DNA of 64,000 nt from Antedon mediterranea (taxonomy: Eukaryota; Animalia; Echinodermata), in NCBI RefSeq assembly GCF_964355755.1, contig NC_092677.1:1262101-1326100 (forward strand), written 5' to 3'. Shown piece after piece: positions 26,535-41,145 of this stretch; the first letter of the stretch is position 1; each line of letters opens with the position of its first letter. A program made the position numbers and the translations under genes. The notes below the pieces were generated by a model. The model saw nothing but the letters and a program-made list of their open reading frames with translations, made no database searches and had not been told where the DNA came from.

Positions 26535-26745
26535 TTGATCATCTTGATTTGGACGGAAGTACAGTACACTATAATTGTGAAGGAAGTAAAACTAATCACA
26601 AGTATGAATGGCAATTCATCACAATCATAACAACGACAGGAACAATCAATACTTCAGTATACAATACAGTAGAGTGTGGTAGAGTGCAAGACAATAATAG
26701 TGAAATAGTCACCACCTAATAAAGCGGAAAAGAGTTCTATATTCT
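26535..26745 (+). promoter_or_regulatory. Conserved upstream block preceding MEAKC-type leaders (copies also at about 13120, 16400, 22500, 32840, 38575, 54365; degenerate at about 4240)
   Basis: Recurrent ttggaCGGAAGTacagt.cacTATAA...AGGAAGTaaa...gagTGTGGTag about 200 bp before the ATG. The motifs resemble ETS, TATA and RUNX sites; function is inferred only. Confidence 0.45.
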
Positions 26746-26756
26746 ATAGAATTGCA

Positions 26757-29700
26757 ATGGAGGCGAAATGTACAAGTGCGATGATTTTCCTGATTATTCA
26801 ACTTTGTGTTTGTATGTACAAATATTAAAAAATATATTTTTTTTCACAAAATGACGCAATCGTAAATCGTTATTTTTTTTTTTTTTTTTTAATTTAGTTT
26901 CAGATACAAGTGCACAAACACCAGTGACAGTGGATGCTGGTACAGTCAATGAGTTTGACAATGTAACAATGATGTGTACTCCAAACGTTTTTATAGGAGA
27001 TTCGTTGAATCAACTGGTTTGGACAAAAGTTGATGACAATGGTGAACAACAAGGACCTGCTCTTGTGATTTCTACAGGACAAGCAACAAATGATCAATAC
27101 AGTTTGTCCAATAATTATCTTATAATAACTGAGGTTGTAAGAGGTGATACAGGCAACTATAAATGTACTGTTAGCACCAATCTTGGAAATCCTGGTGAAG
27201 ACTCTGCAGCACTCACAGTCAATTGTAAGTATTAGAATTTTATGAATATACATTTCAGAGTGGGAGAAAGCTGCTTAGAAATTTACTCTATTTTAGACTA
27301 TTGACTATCCCAAATGTTTATTTACATGTTTATAACATTGTAAAAACACACACAAGGTACAATATTTAACAAGTAGAGTATTCTATTGTTCATTATATTT
27401 AATTAAAATGTTTTTCTTGAATGTTTACACACATGCCTTGTTGATAAATAGTATTTGTAGCACAAACAAATTATTATAAAAATGTATCATGAAAATAAGC
27501 TGTGTTTATGGTAATACATTTAATAGACAAAGACAAAGAGTATTTTAAAAATTGTTATGTAAATTTTTCATTTCAAACCTCTGACACCGGTGTTCCTCAG
27601 GGTACTGTCAACGCACCTAAATTATATTCCTTGTATACGGCGGATTACAGATCTTTAAATGATGAGCTTTGCCCCGTTGTTTAAATTCGCTGATGACACT
27701 AGTACTATTGGTCTCATAGTTTCAAACAATGATGAAAATTATCGTAGCGAAATACAAAGATTTGTTAAATTTTGTGACGATAATTATCTCCAAATAAATG
27801 CATCAAAAACAAAGGAGATGATCATTGATTTTAGGACTAAACATAAATTTAATTTTCAACCAATCACTATCAAAGGTAAAGAAATTGAAATTGTTGACCA
27901 GTACAAGTATCTAGGAATTGTTTTCAATGATAAACTGAGTTGGGGAGACCATATAGACTTCATCAGCAAAAAATTAAGTCCCAGAATGTATTGTATGAGA
28001 ACTTTATATAAATTTAACTCCTGTGATTTGATGTTACTTTCGTTCTATAGATCCGTTATATGTAGTGTTTGGACGTATTGCCTCTCCTGTTGGGCTGGTA
28101 ATGTTACCGGAGGGAATAAAGGACGCCTTGAAACTTTCATCCGTCGGGCTGGTAAAATGATTGGTCTGGAACTGCCTTCCTTTACCGATGTGCACCTAGA
28201 ACACCTCCAGAAAGATTTCGAACGCAATGAGTCGGATGCCTCTCATCCTCTCCACAAAGTGATCATAGACCAACTTAATCCAAGTGGTAGATTGAGGCTC
28301 CTCAGTGTGAAAACAAATCGATTTGCTAAATCCTTTATTCCCTCCGGTATCATCCAGTACAACAGGAAGTCAAGAAGATAATTTTATATTGTATTTTTTT
28401 AGATGTTTTTATATGAATGGTTTTATGCTATATTTGTTTTTATAGTGTTTTCTTTGTTATTATGACGAGCAATGAATTTCCTTTTTGAGGATCAATAAAA
28501 GTTATCTTATCTTATCTTATCTTATCTTATCTTATCTTCATGAACAGATCTTGACAACCCAGGTTTGAAGCTAATGTCTAACGATCATGAAACAGCAATA
28601 TTTGAATGTACTGAACCTGATGGATTCCCAACACCAATTACCGTCGCATGGATCAAAGATGGCAATGAGCTTGGTGTTTCTGATACAGACAAGTATCCGT
28701 TTTCTGATACAACATTAACGATTAATGACGTCGATGGGGCAGATGAAGGAGTTTATCAGTGTAGATCTGAGAACGATGCTTATAGTGGAAATGAGGGAAA
28801 ACTTAGCACTACTACTGCTACACTGTCAATAGGTTGGTTGGAATAAACATTTTGATAAATAATATATTTATTGGCATCATAGTATAGTATAAGTATTTTA
28901 TGCATGTCATAATTATAACCGAAAATAAAGCACTGCTTTAGCGAAATCTGAAAGTTTCAGTTAATTTTAGTTATTAAGGGTTATTTTTATAATATGAACG
29001 CATGGCGTGTTTTACTAAATATTGCTTGTTTGTTTTATATTTCTTTAGTATTGACAACAAATTCTTATATACCCGGTAAGTCAACTACACGTAGGTTTTG
29101 TTTGCTTGCATTTTTATTTATTGTAAATTTCCGGGTTTTGTTTTGCATTGCCAAAAGCAAATAAAAAAAGGATAGACATTGGAGGGGATATGCCACGCCT
29201 CATCCCTAGGATCTGCATGAATGCTTAAAGGGAAAATAATGATAACCTTTTTATAATATATTCGTCAACACTACATTATTGTAAACATGTCTAAAATGAC
29301 ATGGTAACACTGTACTAATTGTTTAGTTTTAAGTACAGAGTTTCCAAAGAGTGAGGGCGTTTGTAATTCAACAGGTCTTGTTGTTGGAATGACGTTTGTT
29401 GGTGTGCTCATTGGATTCATTCTCTGTTTGCTTGTGGGTTTTATTATCAGCAAAATAAAGAGATCAAATCCAAAGGTAAAGTATAATTTTTAAAGTAGCC
29501 CCAGCAAAAGAGATAGGCATAGAATGACCAAGTGTTTAAAATACCGCACACTTGAGTAATGATTTTAACATTAAATATGTTTTATTTTAAAGGTACCTAC
29601 ATCAAAAAACACCAACCAATCAGGGGTAAGGATGCTATACTGTACTTCAACTTTAAGTATTCACTTTCTCTTGTCATCATCATCATCATCATTTATTATT

Positions 29701-29911
29701 ACCATTATCACCATCATATCAAAAGGTTTACACGATTTTCATTCTTCTTTTTCCATGCACTAAACTGTTGTATTATTTTTAGCAGCAAGAGTATATGACT
29801 TATACTGAAGAGACAGATAAAGAAACAAACCACACATACCAAGATTTACAGAAGAAAGACGATAATCAAGCTGTATATGTAAATTTTAAAGCCAAGAAGG
29901 ACAACAGTTAA
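26757..29911 (+). CDS. IgSF receptor unit 8, intact (leader 26757-26811, V 26898-27224, I-set 28548-28832, stalk 29049-29075, TM 29327-29475, microexon 29593-29625, tail 29783-29911); about 334 aa
   Basis: Leader MEAKCTSAMIFLIIQLCV. Spliced length 1005 nt, open. The distal motif is YVNF instead of YVNV. Confidence 0.8.
27572..28536 (+). mobile_element. 5'-truncated non-LTR retrotransposon (Rex/Babar-like RT) with (CTTAT)n tail
   Basis: RT motifs GVPQG, LYT.D, KFADD, KTKEMIIDFR, YKYLG with a frameshift near 27670. AATAAA plus a (CTTAT)n tail, and a TTCAT TSD. Confidence 0.88.
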
Positions 29912-30303
29912 TACATTATTCAAGATAAATGAATACAATATTAATTATTGTTATTGGAATATCATACTTACAAGTTTTTACTTATAAGTGTTACCTATAG
30001 TGAAACTGACAGAACCACGGTATATCGCAACATGTGATATAACGAAGAAAACCATCACACATTGTTTTAAAAATGTAACAGTTTATTCAAATGAATAAGT
30101 TGTTCGTTATTTTGTAATTTTGTAATTATATAATTAATTTGCTTTAGTATACCAACTTTGATTTGTTACTTTGAATGTAATGTTATAATGCATAAGTACA
30201 ACACCAATACGCTTGTTCTTTTGTATTATTATTATTATTATTAATTTTATTTCGCTTATGAGATGTGCATTGGTTGCTTGCTGCCATTTTCCATCTGCGT
30301 AAG

Positions 30304-32260
30304 CAGTGGTGGCGCCAGCGGGGGAGGGGGGGGGGACTACGGGGGCTGTATCCCCCTCGCCGGGGAGCCTATCCCCCACGTCGGGGAACGCGAGTACTTT
30401 TCGTCGGGGAATATAATATACAGTAAAAATCATTCGCGTTCACTTCGTAGCTTCAGCGACTAGAAAACCGCGAAGTTCCATTTTTTTTAAAGTACGTCGG
30501 AGAGGGCTATTACACTTTATTATGCATGCATTATTGCCAGCGATCTAATAAACAATAGGTATGCACTTGTCTGGCGGTGTCCCTTTGTACGAATCGTTTA
30601 ACATTGGGCCCGGCAAAAAAAAATCGCGGCCCGGCCCATCGCGGTTTACGCGTGATATCATGTTCCACCCAGGGACCAGAATGTGTACTGTGCAGTTAAT
30701 TTCCAGGCGAAGTTTACTGACGCGTTACGTCGTGTACTGTGTATCGACAGCAAAAGGGTACGAATTATCTTCGCGATCTATTTATTGTTCATATGTTCAA
30801 TTTTTTAATTTACGATTACCGTGGGGTACCTGAACCTGAAATAGACGTTTTTCACTGTAGGCTCGGCCTACATCACTAAACAAAAAACCATGCCATTTTC
30901 GTTTAGCCAACATCTTATTATAGTTAAGTTATTACATTTCCAATGTCCTGTATGTCATGAACTGCCTGTACATCGAAATTCCAGATTCACTTCTGGGAAA
31001 TAAACTGATTTCCCCGATGGAAAATGGTCTACGCTTGTGGACGCATTCCCCTCCAAATAAAAGTTAAAAGGGTAACTTGTTTAGGCCTCTATGTCTGAAA
31101 TTTTTTTAAGTATAGGTGTAATTTTTGAAGACCTGCATCTCTAGTTTTCAAAATTGTCTTAGCTCAACCGTCCTAAATTATAGAGCTGGTCATGTATACT
31201 CACCGTACATTTTGTTTCATATTTCGATGTACAATATACAGTCAGTGCATTGAACCTTGAGCTCTATTTTTTCATTTTTTTTTAATATCCATGGTAGGGC
31301 TGGTTCTGGAGACGTACCGGTATATATCTTGTGTTATGCTTCGAAGTATAATAAGTTAAATTTCCAGGACCTAGCAACTCTATTTTTAGAATGTTCTTAG
31401 CTCCACCCCAACCATGGTGGGCTGGACCTATAATTTCGTTTCATATTCAATGTTTTGCAGGGATCTAGCAGCTCTATTTTTGACAATTTTCTTAGCTCTG
31501 GTTCTGTAGACTTATAATTTCGTTTCATTTATCAATATGGGCCTATATAAGTGCAATTTCCAGGTACCTAGCAGGTCTATTTTTCACAATTTTCTAAGCA
31601 GCTCAACCCTAATGTTTGGGCTGGTCCTGGAGCCTTATATATTTTGTTTCTTTTTTTCGAAATACTATAATCCAATATCCGGGGACCTAACAACTCTAGT
31701 TGTTTAAATGTCCTTAGCTCCATTTCAACCTCGGTGGGCTTGTTGTCTGATAGACTTGTAATTTCGTTTTATATATCAATGTATAATTGCAATTTGGGGA
31801 CCTAGCAGCTCTATTTTTCAAAATTTTCTTACAGATCAGACCATGGATATCTCGCGCATTTACAATTTTCGCACCCCCAGACAGCAACCTTCCTACGTCT
31901 CTGCGATTATAACGATATACCTCTTGGCCCGTGGGTAGGTTTTACGTTAGCGTATATTTTCTATGATAGGCATATTGAACTTTAAAAACTTCATTTTTAA
32001 ATTTGAAAGAATGGATTTACACGGTCATCGTACCGGACCAGCTTCTTGCAATGTGTTTTTCACACAGTATTTTATTTATATACCATACAAAATTGAAAAA
32101 ATTGGCTACCCTAAATCTGATTAAAACGGCTCCCCCCGGACCCCCACCAGGGGCCCTTGGCGGCCCCCTGGCCCCAAGCCAAGTGATGCTCGCTTCACTC
32201 GCATAGCCCCCCGACGGGGAATTTAGCCCCGGCGTCGGAAAGATCCTGGCGCCACCCCTG
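30304..32260. mobile_element. Non-autonomous hAT DNA transposon
   Basis: TIR CAGTGGTGGCGCCAG / CTGGCGCCACCCCTG and a perfect 8-bp TSD TGCGTAAG (30296-30303, 32261-32268). No transposase ORF; degenerate internal tandem repeats of about 120 bp at about 31100-31850. Confidence 0.88.
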
Positions 32261-33777
32261 TGCGTAAGTTAAAATTGATTTGACATTCTCGCGCTTTTAT
32301 ATTTCTGAGTTTGATTTGAGTTTCCACTGATTGACTCTTGAATATGTATATTACGATTATTAATTTCACCATCACAGATCTAGTAAACGCAGTTCCAAAT
32401 CAATTGTCTTGGTTTATTGATATTACATACGGTACTCTCATTACTCTTCACAGTCATTTTAATAAACATAAATCAATATGATATATTATGATTTAGATTT
32501 TGAAGGGATTTTGAATGAAATTCAATGTGAACGAATTTAGAATGTGACCGTTTTATAGAGCCTCTGAATTTTTGTATTTTGAATTTGTTTTTAAAACCAA
32601 GTACCGTAAGCTAATTTCCTCTTTATAAGAATGTAAACAAAATATGGTTTAGGGGTGTAGTGGTAATACCTTATTTTCCTTGAAGCATAACAATGAGTAC
32701 GGTAAATCTAATCTGGTGACAGGGATAGCATTCAATTATACCCGTGCGCGAGTTTGGTTGCAATAATATTTCATTTCTGTTTTTAAATGTTAATGTTACG
32801 AGTATACTGTAATTTGATCATCTTAATGATTCAATAAATTTGACATGAACTGAAGTACAGTACACTATGAGGAAGTAAAAATAATATATCAAGAAGTAGC
32901 AAAATCAGTCCATACTCGTATAACAGGAACAATCAATAAGTACGTATACAATACGATAATTAGAGTGTGGTAGAGTGCGAGACAATAATAGCGAAACAGA
33001 TCTGCACCTTATGCAGCGGAATTTAAAATTTCCTTTTCATACAAATTCGCACCCATACATTTTTTTGCAGTAAAAAACAATCGCAGCTAGTTAATTTCTC
33101 TGGACATTCACCGGCAAAAAGTAAGTTGTTGCAAGATGTTTTATCAAATTATTTTAAATTGTTTTACTGAATGTTTGGATAGTTTAGATAATTCGTGATA
33201 AACGAACAATAATCCTAGTACGTTATAGCATGATCTAGAGGAAGTAAACATTGTTATATCAAAGTGTACATGGCTTGACAATTCACATTTCTGACACTGT
33301 ATAGGAAGAATGAATATTTTACGTGAGGTAATTTCGCGACTGTAAAATCAACGATGAGTATGATGATCAACTTTCCTCATTCACATTCTTTTAGAAAGAT
33401 ATAACTGGTAAAGAAAGCCTGTCTAGTGTGGTAATGATAGAGGTCCGAACATGAATATAACTTCGGCTTTAGAAGTCACGATGCTTAATTGTTATGACCC
33501 TGTATAACCAAATTATGATGGGTTGAACAATTGTATTCTTATTGACATAAGAAAAACTATTATCTCTAAACAGCAACATGAATGAATTGCGGAGAGCAGA
33601 AACATGAACACTAGTTGATCATACCCAGTATCATGATGTGGCTGTTGTATGATAATGAAAATAGATACATACCGAGAATCGGCTGACTTATCTCAGGAGT
33701 CGGAGTAGTCATGGTTTGTAATTTACAAGTCTGTAATCCTGCTGGCTCTGACGCGATTCATTTTCTTTACAGATTTA

Positions 33778-36705
33778 ATGGAGGGGATCTATGGTGTAAT
33801 AATAATTCTAATGTTTCAACTATGTTCTTGTAAGTAAGAAATTAGAAAACAAATAAATAAATAATTAAAACAAATAATTTAAAAATAATAATAATAAAAA
33901 TACAAAACTTTCTCGAAACACATAAATAAGTAATTAAAACAAATAATGTTAAAAGTGTGATGTAGAATGTTAATTTTAGTTAAAATGCTCAGCAGATGTG
34001 TCTGTGATTGAATAGAAATGTTATACTTGAAATGTGAAAAAGAAGGTAGGTAATCGAATTTCGCTGACGTTTTTAAACAAAAAATGTCAGCGAAATTCGA
34101 TTACCTACCTATTGATTTTTTTCTATGTCAAAATATATAAATTCATATCATGTATTCTATTTCAGTTTTAAATGGTCAAACTGAACCTATAGTCAATGTA
34201 CAAAATGCTACTTTAAAGTAGGTGAAAATGCTGTTATCATCTGTGATTACACACTCGGTGGTGGTACAAGAACACTTCAGGCTGCTCAATGGTACAATAG
34301 CACATCAACAGGAGATAGGTTAAACCTTCTTGTTAATAGTGCTCTAACAAAGCCAAATGGTAGATATGCAGTTGATACCACACAAACTGGTGTGGTTACT
34401 CTCATTATTGCAAACACAGTATTGTCTGATGATGGATACTATCTATGTAGAATTGTTGATTCACCTGCTGTTGACAAGTTTTTAACTTCTAGAAGGGATC
34501 CATGATAATAATGACTAACAATTACTGCTTTATCTATGTTCACTTTAATATCTTTTTTCTATTTTGTATATATTCATTCATTATTATCTAAATAAATATT
34601 ATCTGAATCTGAATCTGAATCTGAAACTGGTGAAAATGTTGGAAAGCTTACTGTTCAATGTAAGTATGAATGTTTACATCATTTAACAATGAATAAATAT
34701 TTTATATTAAAAATAAGTGTGATTGTGAACAGAATGGTGGTCTTTTAATGTTTACCAGTGGCTTACCAATAATCAATTAATATTTTATTTCTCAGAATAA
34801 ATTGCACATCAAACTAACAACAAATATCTAAATATCTATCAAGAAAAAAATAATAATAGGAAGGGTAAGACTATCAAACAATATCGTTGGTCAAAGAGAG
34901 AAGCTATCGCTATTGAGAGTATATATACTAATTAAACTAGAGTATTGAACAATTTGAGAAAGTATTCATAAAAAAAGATAAATAGGGAACGCCATATAAA
35001 CAAACATCATGCCGGTACTACACTAATTGAGATACAACAATAGTCTGATGCGTTTTGATAGTTGATTTCTGGAATATACAATGCATCTTTTTAGTTTATA
35101 CACTTCGACATGGTGAATGTAAGACTGTTTATTTTGCCTTTACAGATCTTGAAGAACCAGTTCTAAATCCAACAAACTTGTCTATCAACGAAATAGAAAC
35201 TGTGACATTTACATGTTCTAACCTTATTGGTGTACCAACAATTACCGTCACATGGATCAAAGATGGCAATGAACTTGGTGTTTTTGATACAGACAAGTAT
35301 CCGTCTTCTGATGCAACATTAACGATTAATGACGTTGATGAAGAAGATGAAGGAGATTATCAGTGTAGAGCAGAGAATGCTGCTTATAGTGGAACAGATG
35401 GTAAACTTAGTAATACTGCCACACTGTCAATAGGTTGGTGGGAATAAACATTTTGATAAATAATATATTTTATTGGCATTATAGTATAAGTATTTTCTGC
35501 ATGTCAAAATTATAAATGGAATATTCATAATACATATGTCATGCGGTAACAAAAATAAAGCACAGCTATACAGCGAAATCTGAAAGTTTCAGTTTATTAA
35601 AGCCATTTTTATAATATGAACGCATGACGTGTCTGACTATTGCTTGTTTGATTTATATTTCTTTAGCATTAACGACAACTTCTTCTATACCCAGTAAGTC
35701 AACTGCACGTAGGTTCTGTTTGTTTGCATTGTATTTATTGTAATTTCCGGGTTTTTCCGTTTTCGTACAGCAAATAAAGGATAGGAATGGGAGGGGATAT
35801 CCCCCGCCGAATTCCAATGATCTGCATGAGTGCTTAAAAGGGAAAATAGTGATGACTTTTGTATAATATATTTGACAACACTACATTATTGTAAACATGT
35901 TTAAAAGACATGGAGACACTGATCCTTTTGTAGGCCTATGTATGGTTTAGTTGCATTGCCTTCCGGAATTTTGCGAAAAGCAAATAAAGGATAAGAAATC
36001 TGGGGGAGGGTGCACACAGGATCTGCATGAGTGCTTAAAAAGTAAAATATGACGTTTGTATAAACATGTTTGAAATAACATGGAAACACTTATCCTTCAG
36101 TATTAATTGTTCAGTTTTAAGTACAGAAGCTCCAAAGAGTGAAAATGATTGTAATTCAACTGGTCTTGTTGTTGGAATGACGTTTGTTGGTGTGCTCATT
36201 GGATTCATTATCTGTTTGCTTGTGGGTTTTATCATCAGCAAAATAAGGAAGTCAAATTCACAGGTAAAGTATAATTCAGAAAGTAGAAACAAAAGCAAAA
36301 GTGTAGACTTAAAATGACCAAAGGTTTAATGAAATACCGCATACTTAAGTAATGGAAACTATTTTAACATTAAATATGATATCTTATTTTAAAGGTACCG
36401 ACATCGATAAACACCAACCAATCAGGGGTAAGGATGTTACCTCAACTTTAATTATTCAATTTCACTCGTCGTCGTCGTCACTATTGTCACCAATATATTA
36501 ATAAAGTTTACACGATTTTCATTCTTCTTTTTTTTGCATGCACTAAACTTTGTATTTTTTTTAGCAGCAGGCGTATATGACTTATACCAGAGAGACAGAT
36601 AAAGAAACAAACCACACATACCAAGATCTACATAAGAAAGACGATAATCAAGCTGTATATGTAAATGTTAAAGCCAAAAAGACAAAAAATAATATACATG
36701 TTTAA
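33778..36705 (+). pseudogene. IgSF receptor unit 9: leader 33778-33829, V 34166-34659 disrupted, I-set 35146-35433, stalk 35667-35693, TM 36115-36263, microexon 36395-36427, tail 36565-36705
   Basis: -1 frameshift with TAG early in V, plus a 150-bp insertion in V. The other exons are open, so skipping V would still give an in-frame product. Confidence 0.8.
34475..34623 (+). mobile_element. Short retroposon 3' end with (TGAATC)n tail inserted in the V exon
   Basis: It interrupts SPAV|ETGE codons that are contiguous in units 10 and 11, and ends in TCTGAATCTGAATCTGAATCTGA. Confidence 0.6.
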
Positions 36706-37338
36706 AATAAAAATAAAATATATATATATTATAATTATTAATGGAATATCATTGGTTTGAAACTACAATCACATACCTCTTGTTGATTTTGTTATAAAAA
36801 TATAGAGAAATCAAAACATGTAGAAAGTGTTTTCTTTCTCTTGATTTAACTCTTTAACGCGTACAAATTAATAACAAGGAAATGTAAATTCTGCAATTTG
36901 TATCATAATTAACAAAAAAAACCTCTATGTACCTATAGTGACATAATCTACCAGTGGTATATAGAAACATGTGATGTAAAGATGAAAACCATCTAGACAT
37001 ACTTAAAAAATGTAAAAAATGATATGTAATAAACAACGATACATCTATTAAAATTGTATTTCTGGTTTTGATTTGTGGAATTAAAACGTGCTTGTATTAG
37101 ACCAACTTTGATTGGTTAATGTTTTAATGCATTAGTAAATTGACATATAATGACTATACCAGCATAAGAAGGGAAATAAACTAGACTATCAATGATTTTA
37201 ACACCAACACACGTGTAATTGTAGTATTGTTATATAGCGTTCTTTAATTTAATTTGCCTTCAAGATGTGTTTTGGTTGCTTGCAGCTGCTGCCATGGTTT
37301 TTCAAAGAGTTGTATAATGTTCAAATTGATCTTTAAAA

Positions 37339-38390
37339 CACTTTGACGGCCAAACACGAAGATCTTCGTTTTTGGAAACACAACGCTTGACTGCCAAAAA
37401 CGAAGATCTTCGTTTTTCGCGTTTTTTTACGAAATCCGGTAGATAGGTTAATTATTGGTATATACTATAAATATGAACACTATATTCGGTCTGGACCGTC
37501 AATGTTTTACAATTTGAAAGTAACTAATCTGGTTACGAACGACTGTCAAAATGGTACCTGTCGAAATAACAAACACCGCGCATCACAGTAGCGCGTAGAG
37601 CGATGGCTTGGCGCATTGTGTATCGGTCGCGCGCTAGCTATGCCGCCGAAGCATTACAAAGGTTTTTGTGGATTGACATGTTTGTTTGTTATCTGAATAA
37701 AAAATAATGGAGTCATTTTCAATATGAAGTCTTTAATTTTATTATTGTATGTATACCCTAATTGTTTTGGTGATTTACTGAAAGTGACCGAGTTTCACGC
37801 AACAAACTTGTTTTGAAATGGTATGGTTATTATCATCAGTTTACTATCTCCTAGGCCTAGGCTAGTAGTACTAGGCTAGCCTAGCCCAAGTCGTAAAACG
37901 GTTCCGGACCAACTTTAGGCCTGGTTAACTAGGCCTGGTGTCTTTACTATGTGGATTTTGGCGAAACATTGATGTAAGATTTATGATTTATAAAATGTAA
38001 TACATTTTTCGATAGTGATAACTTGTTTTTATAGGCCTATCGGTGCCGTGTAAGTAACTTTTTTGTTGTTTGTTGATCTCACCGGGCGATATTTTCATAT
38101 TGTGATGTCTTGCACAAAATCGCGAATATCTCGACTTTCTTGCGCGAAACTACGAAAAATTCAAAAAGTGGGTTACTTTCATTTTACTATTACGATTTAC
38201 ATATTGCGATTTAAAAATCGTTCTTGGTACCATTGTAAAGCTAAAATCTTTATGATTATTTTAGTCTAAATTACATATAAATCAGATCACATACATGGTT
38301 TCAATCAGCTTTAATAAAAACATCGAATTGGGCTAAAAACGCTGGCGGTGGCAGTTTCTAACTGGAAAAACCTCTCTGGCAGTCAAAGTG
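37339..38390. mobile_element. piggyBac-like MITE
   Basis: TIR CACTTTGACGGCCA / TGGCAGTCAAAGTG at a TTAA site. The empty paralogous site (gatctttaaacggaa) is at about 16208. The left TSD carries two extra A. Confidence 0.7.
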
Positions 38391-41145
38391 TTAAACGGAA
38401 CAAATTAATTCTAGGGACAAATTGGACCGGGTTTGGGTGCAATTGAGGTTCATTTCTGTTTTTTAAGGAAGACATTTTAGAAATACCAGTTTGAATTTGC
38501 ACTGTTTGAACGTACTGTATAAATAAGATCTACCACCAAGTGTTTAAATAATGGTTACTAATTAAAAAGATTAATTTGATCATCTTGATTTGGACGGAAG
38601 TACATTACACTATATTTATGAAGGAAGTAAACACAATATATCACAAGCCTAACAAATGCAGTCTACACTAATAAAAATAACAGGAACAATCAATATTTAA
38701 AAGTATACAATACAGTAGAGTGTGGTAGAGTGCGAGACAATTATAGTCAAACAGTTATCTGCACATCGAAGCGGGGTTTAAATATTTCAATCATTTTACA
38801 GATTTGTAATGGAGGAGAAATGTAAAGGTGCGATAGTTCTTCTGATTGTTCAACTTTGTGGTTGTAAGTATGAATATTGAAAATACCTGCAATGATGAAT
38901 GATGTAACCAATCCTAGATAAAACTGTATATTTTTGTAATCATGTTTGAATCGAAGTTGTTGCATTTAAAATGCAGCCTGACAATTTCGGTGGTTTATTT
39001 GTTTTATAAATGCTTTAAGTTTGCAATCTTTTTCGTTCATAATTATATTTTAATAATCAACGTGAACAAATACTAGTTTGGATACAACTAGATTATTTAA
39101 ACACATTTGTTTTTATTTTCTTATTTGTTAAAGTTACAAATGGTCAAACTGAACCTGTAGTCAATGTGCAAAATGCTACTGTTAAATTAGGTGAAGATTC
39201 TGTTATCACATGTGAATACACACTCAGTGATTCAAGAACACTTCAGGCTGCTCAATGGTACAATAGCACATCAATAAGAGATAGGTTAAACCTTCTTGTT
39301 AATAGTGCTGAAACGAATCCAAATGGTAGATATGCAGTTGATACCACACACACTGGTGTAGCCACTCTCACCATTGCAAACACAGTGTTGTCTGATGAGG
39401 GATACTATCAATGTAGAATTATTGATTCACCTGCTATTGAAACTGGTGAAGATTATGGAAAACTGACTGTTCAATGTGAGTACGAATTGTTATATCATTT
39501 AACAAGACCTATTTTCACATTTTAAATAATCTTAATTATTATAATATTTACTTTAAGGTTATAGGTTAGTCCAAAAAGCATTGCAATATACCTTATCGTT
39601 TATTTATTTATAGAACTTTTTTAACATCTCCATTGAGATCCAGCTAGTGATACCCATTTATCAGTAGTTTGCCTTTTGATTTATGTTTACATTTAATATT
39701 TTCACGTACCTGTTAATGTTCGCCATTGGCTAACGAATAATAAATAATCAATCAATTTAAATTGTATGCATAAGTAAGAAAATAAATAGATTTGTAAAAA
39801 GCTAACCAGGAAGAGAGATATTACTATTCTTTTCTGGGCTTCAAACAAAAGCATTAATCAAAGAGAAGCTGTCCCTATTGAGGGTACATTGTATTCAATT
39901 AATATACTGATTGTTGATCAGGTTTCATAAAACCAAACACTTAACATACAAAATGGAAGACCAATGAAAGTACAGTACAGTACAATAAGAAGATAAAACA
40001 AGGTCGTCGTGAGGCAATGCCTCGGGTCACATTCTATGGTCACCGTACAGGCAGGCTACTACATTAGTACTTCTATGAATGGATGACTAGCCGGTGACAA
40101 TAACGCTAGTTGGTCATAACCAGTACCGTTTTGATTTTACGATCATTCGGGAAACCACCTCACGACGATGATAAAAGTAACATTTTTTGTTTTTTTGCCT
40201 TTACAGATCTTGAAAACCCGGTTCTGATTTCAACAGGATTGTCCGTTAACACAAATGAAACTGTGACATTTACGTGCTCTGATCTTATTGGTATACTGAC
40301 ACCGATTACCATCACATGGATCAAAGATGACGTCATACTTGATTTGTCTGATACACAAAAGTATCCAACTTCTGATGCAACATTAACGATTAATAATGTC
40401 AATGTAACAGATAAGGGAGTTTATCGCTGTAGAGCAGAGAATGCTGCTTACAGTGGAACAGATAGACAAGTTCTATTTCCCCTGAAATATGATGCAAGAA
40501 GCATTTTTGGGTAGAAGCTGGGATCCACTTGATTTAGGATATTTCGACCTCGCTGATTACGAATATGGCGGATCCCAAGCGAAATTCGGCCATCTAGGCT
40601 CTTAATTTGCATAATTAAAAATGGCGGCCATTTTTTATAATAACCCTATATCTCGAGAACCACTAGTCACAGATAATTAATTATGGTGTCAAAATGTTTT
40701 AAATATATGTTTTTATATTCACTTTAATGAAACATTTTGTCAAAAAATGGATGCAAGTCTTATTTCTGACATTTTGACCTTTGACCTTGATGTATCGTAT
40801 CTCAGTAACCAATAATCGGAGAGACATGAAATTGGGCTCAAATTGTTCAGAAACTATATATTCATATTTATTATAATGACAAGTTTTTACACAAAATGGC
40901 CGATTTTACAACTATTGACTTTGAACTATTAGTCAAATATATTAATATAACTCTGAAACATTTTGGTCTTATGACATTTTTTTTCTTTTTCTTTTTAAAT
41001 TGTTTAAAACATGTTTGTACAAGAATGGCCGATAGTATGGTTTTTGACATTTGAACTACACCATAGGCCTACTGTATAATAAATAAAATTGCATAACTAT
41101 GAAATTATTTATACACAATAATAATTAGTAAAATTATAAAATTCA

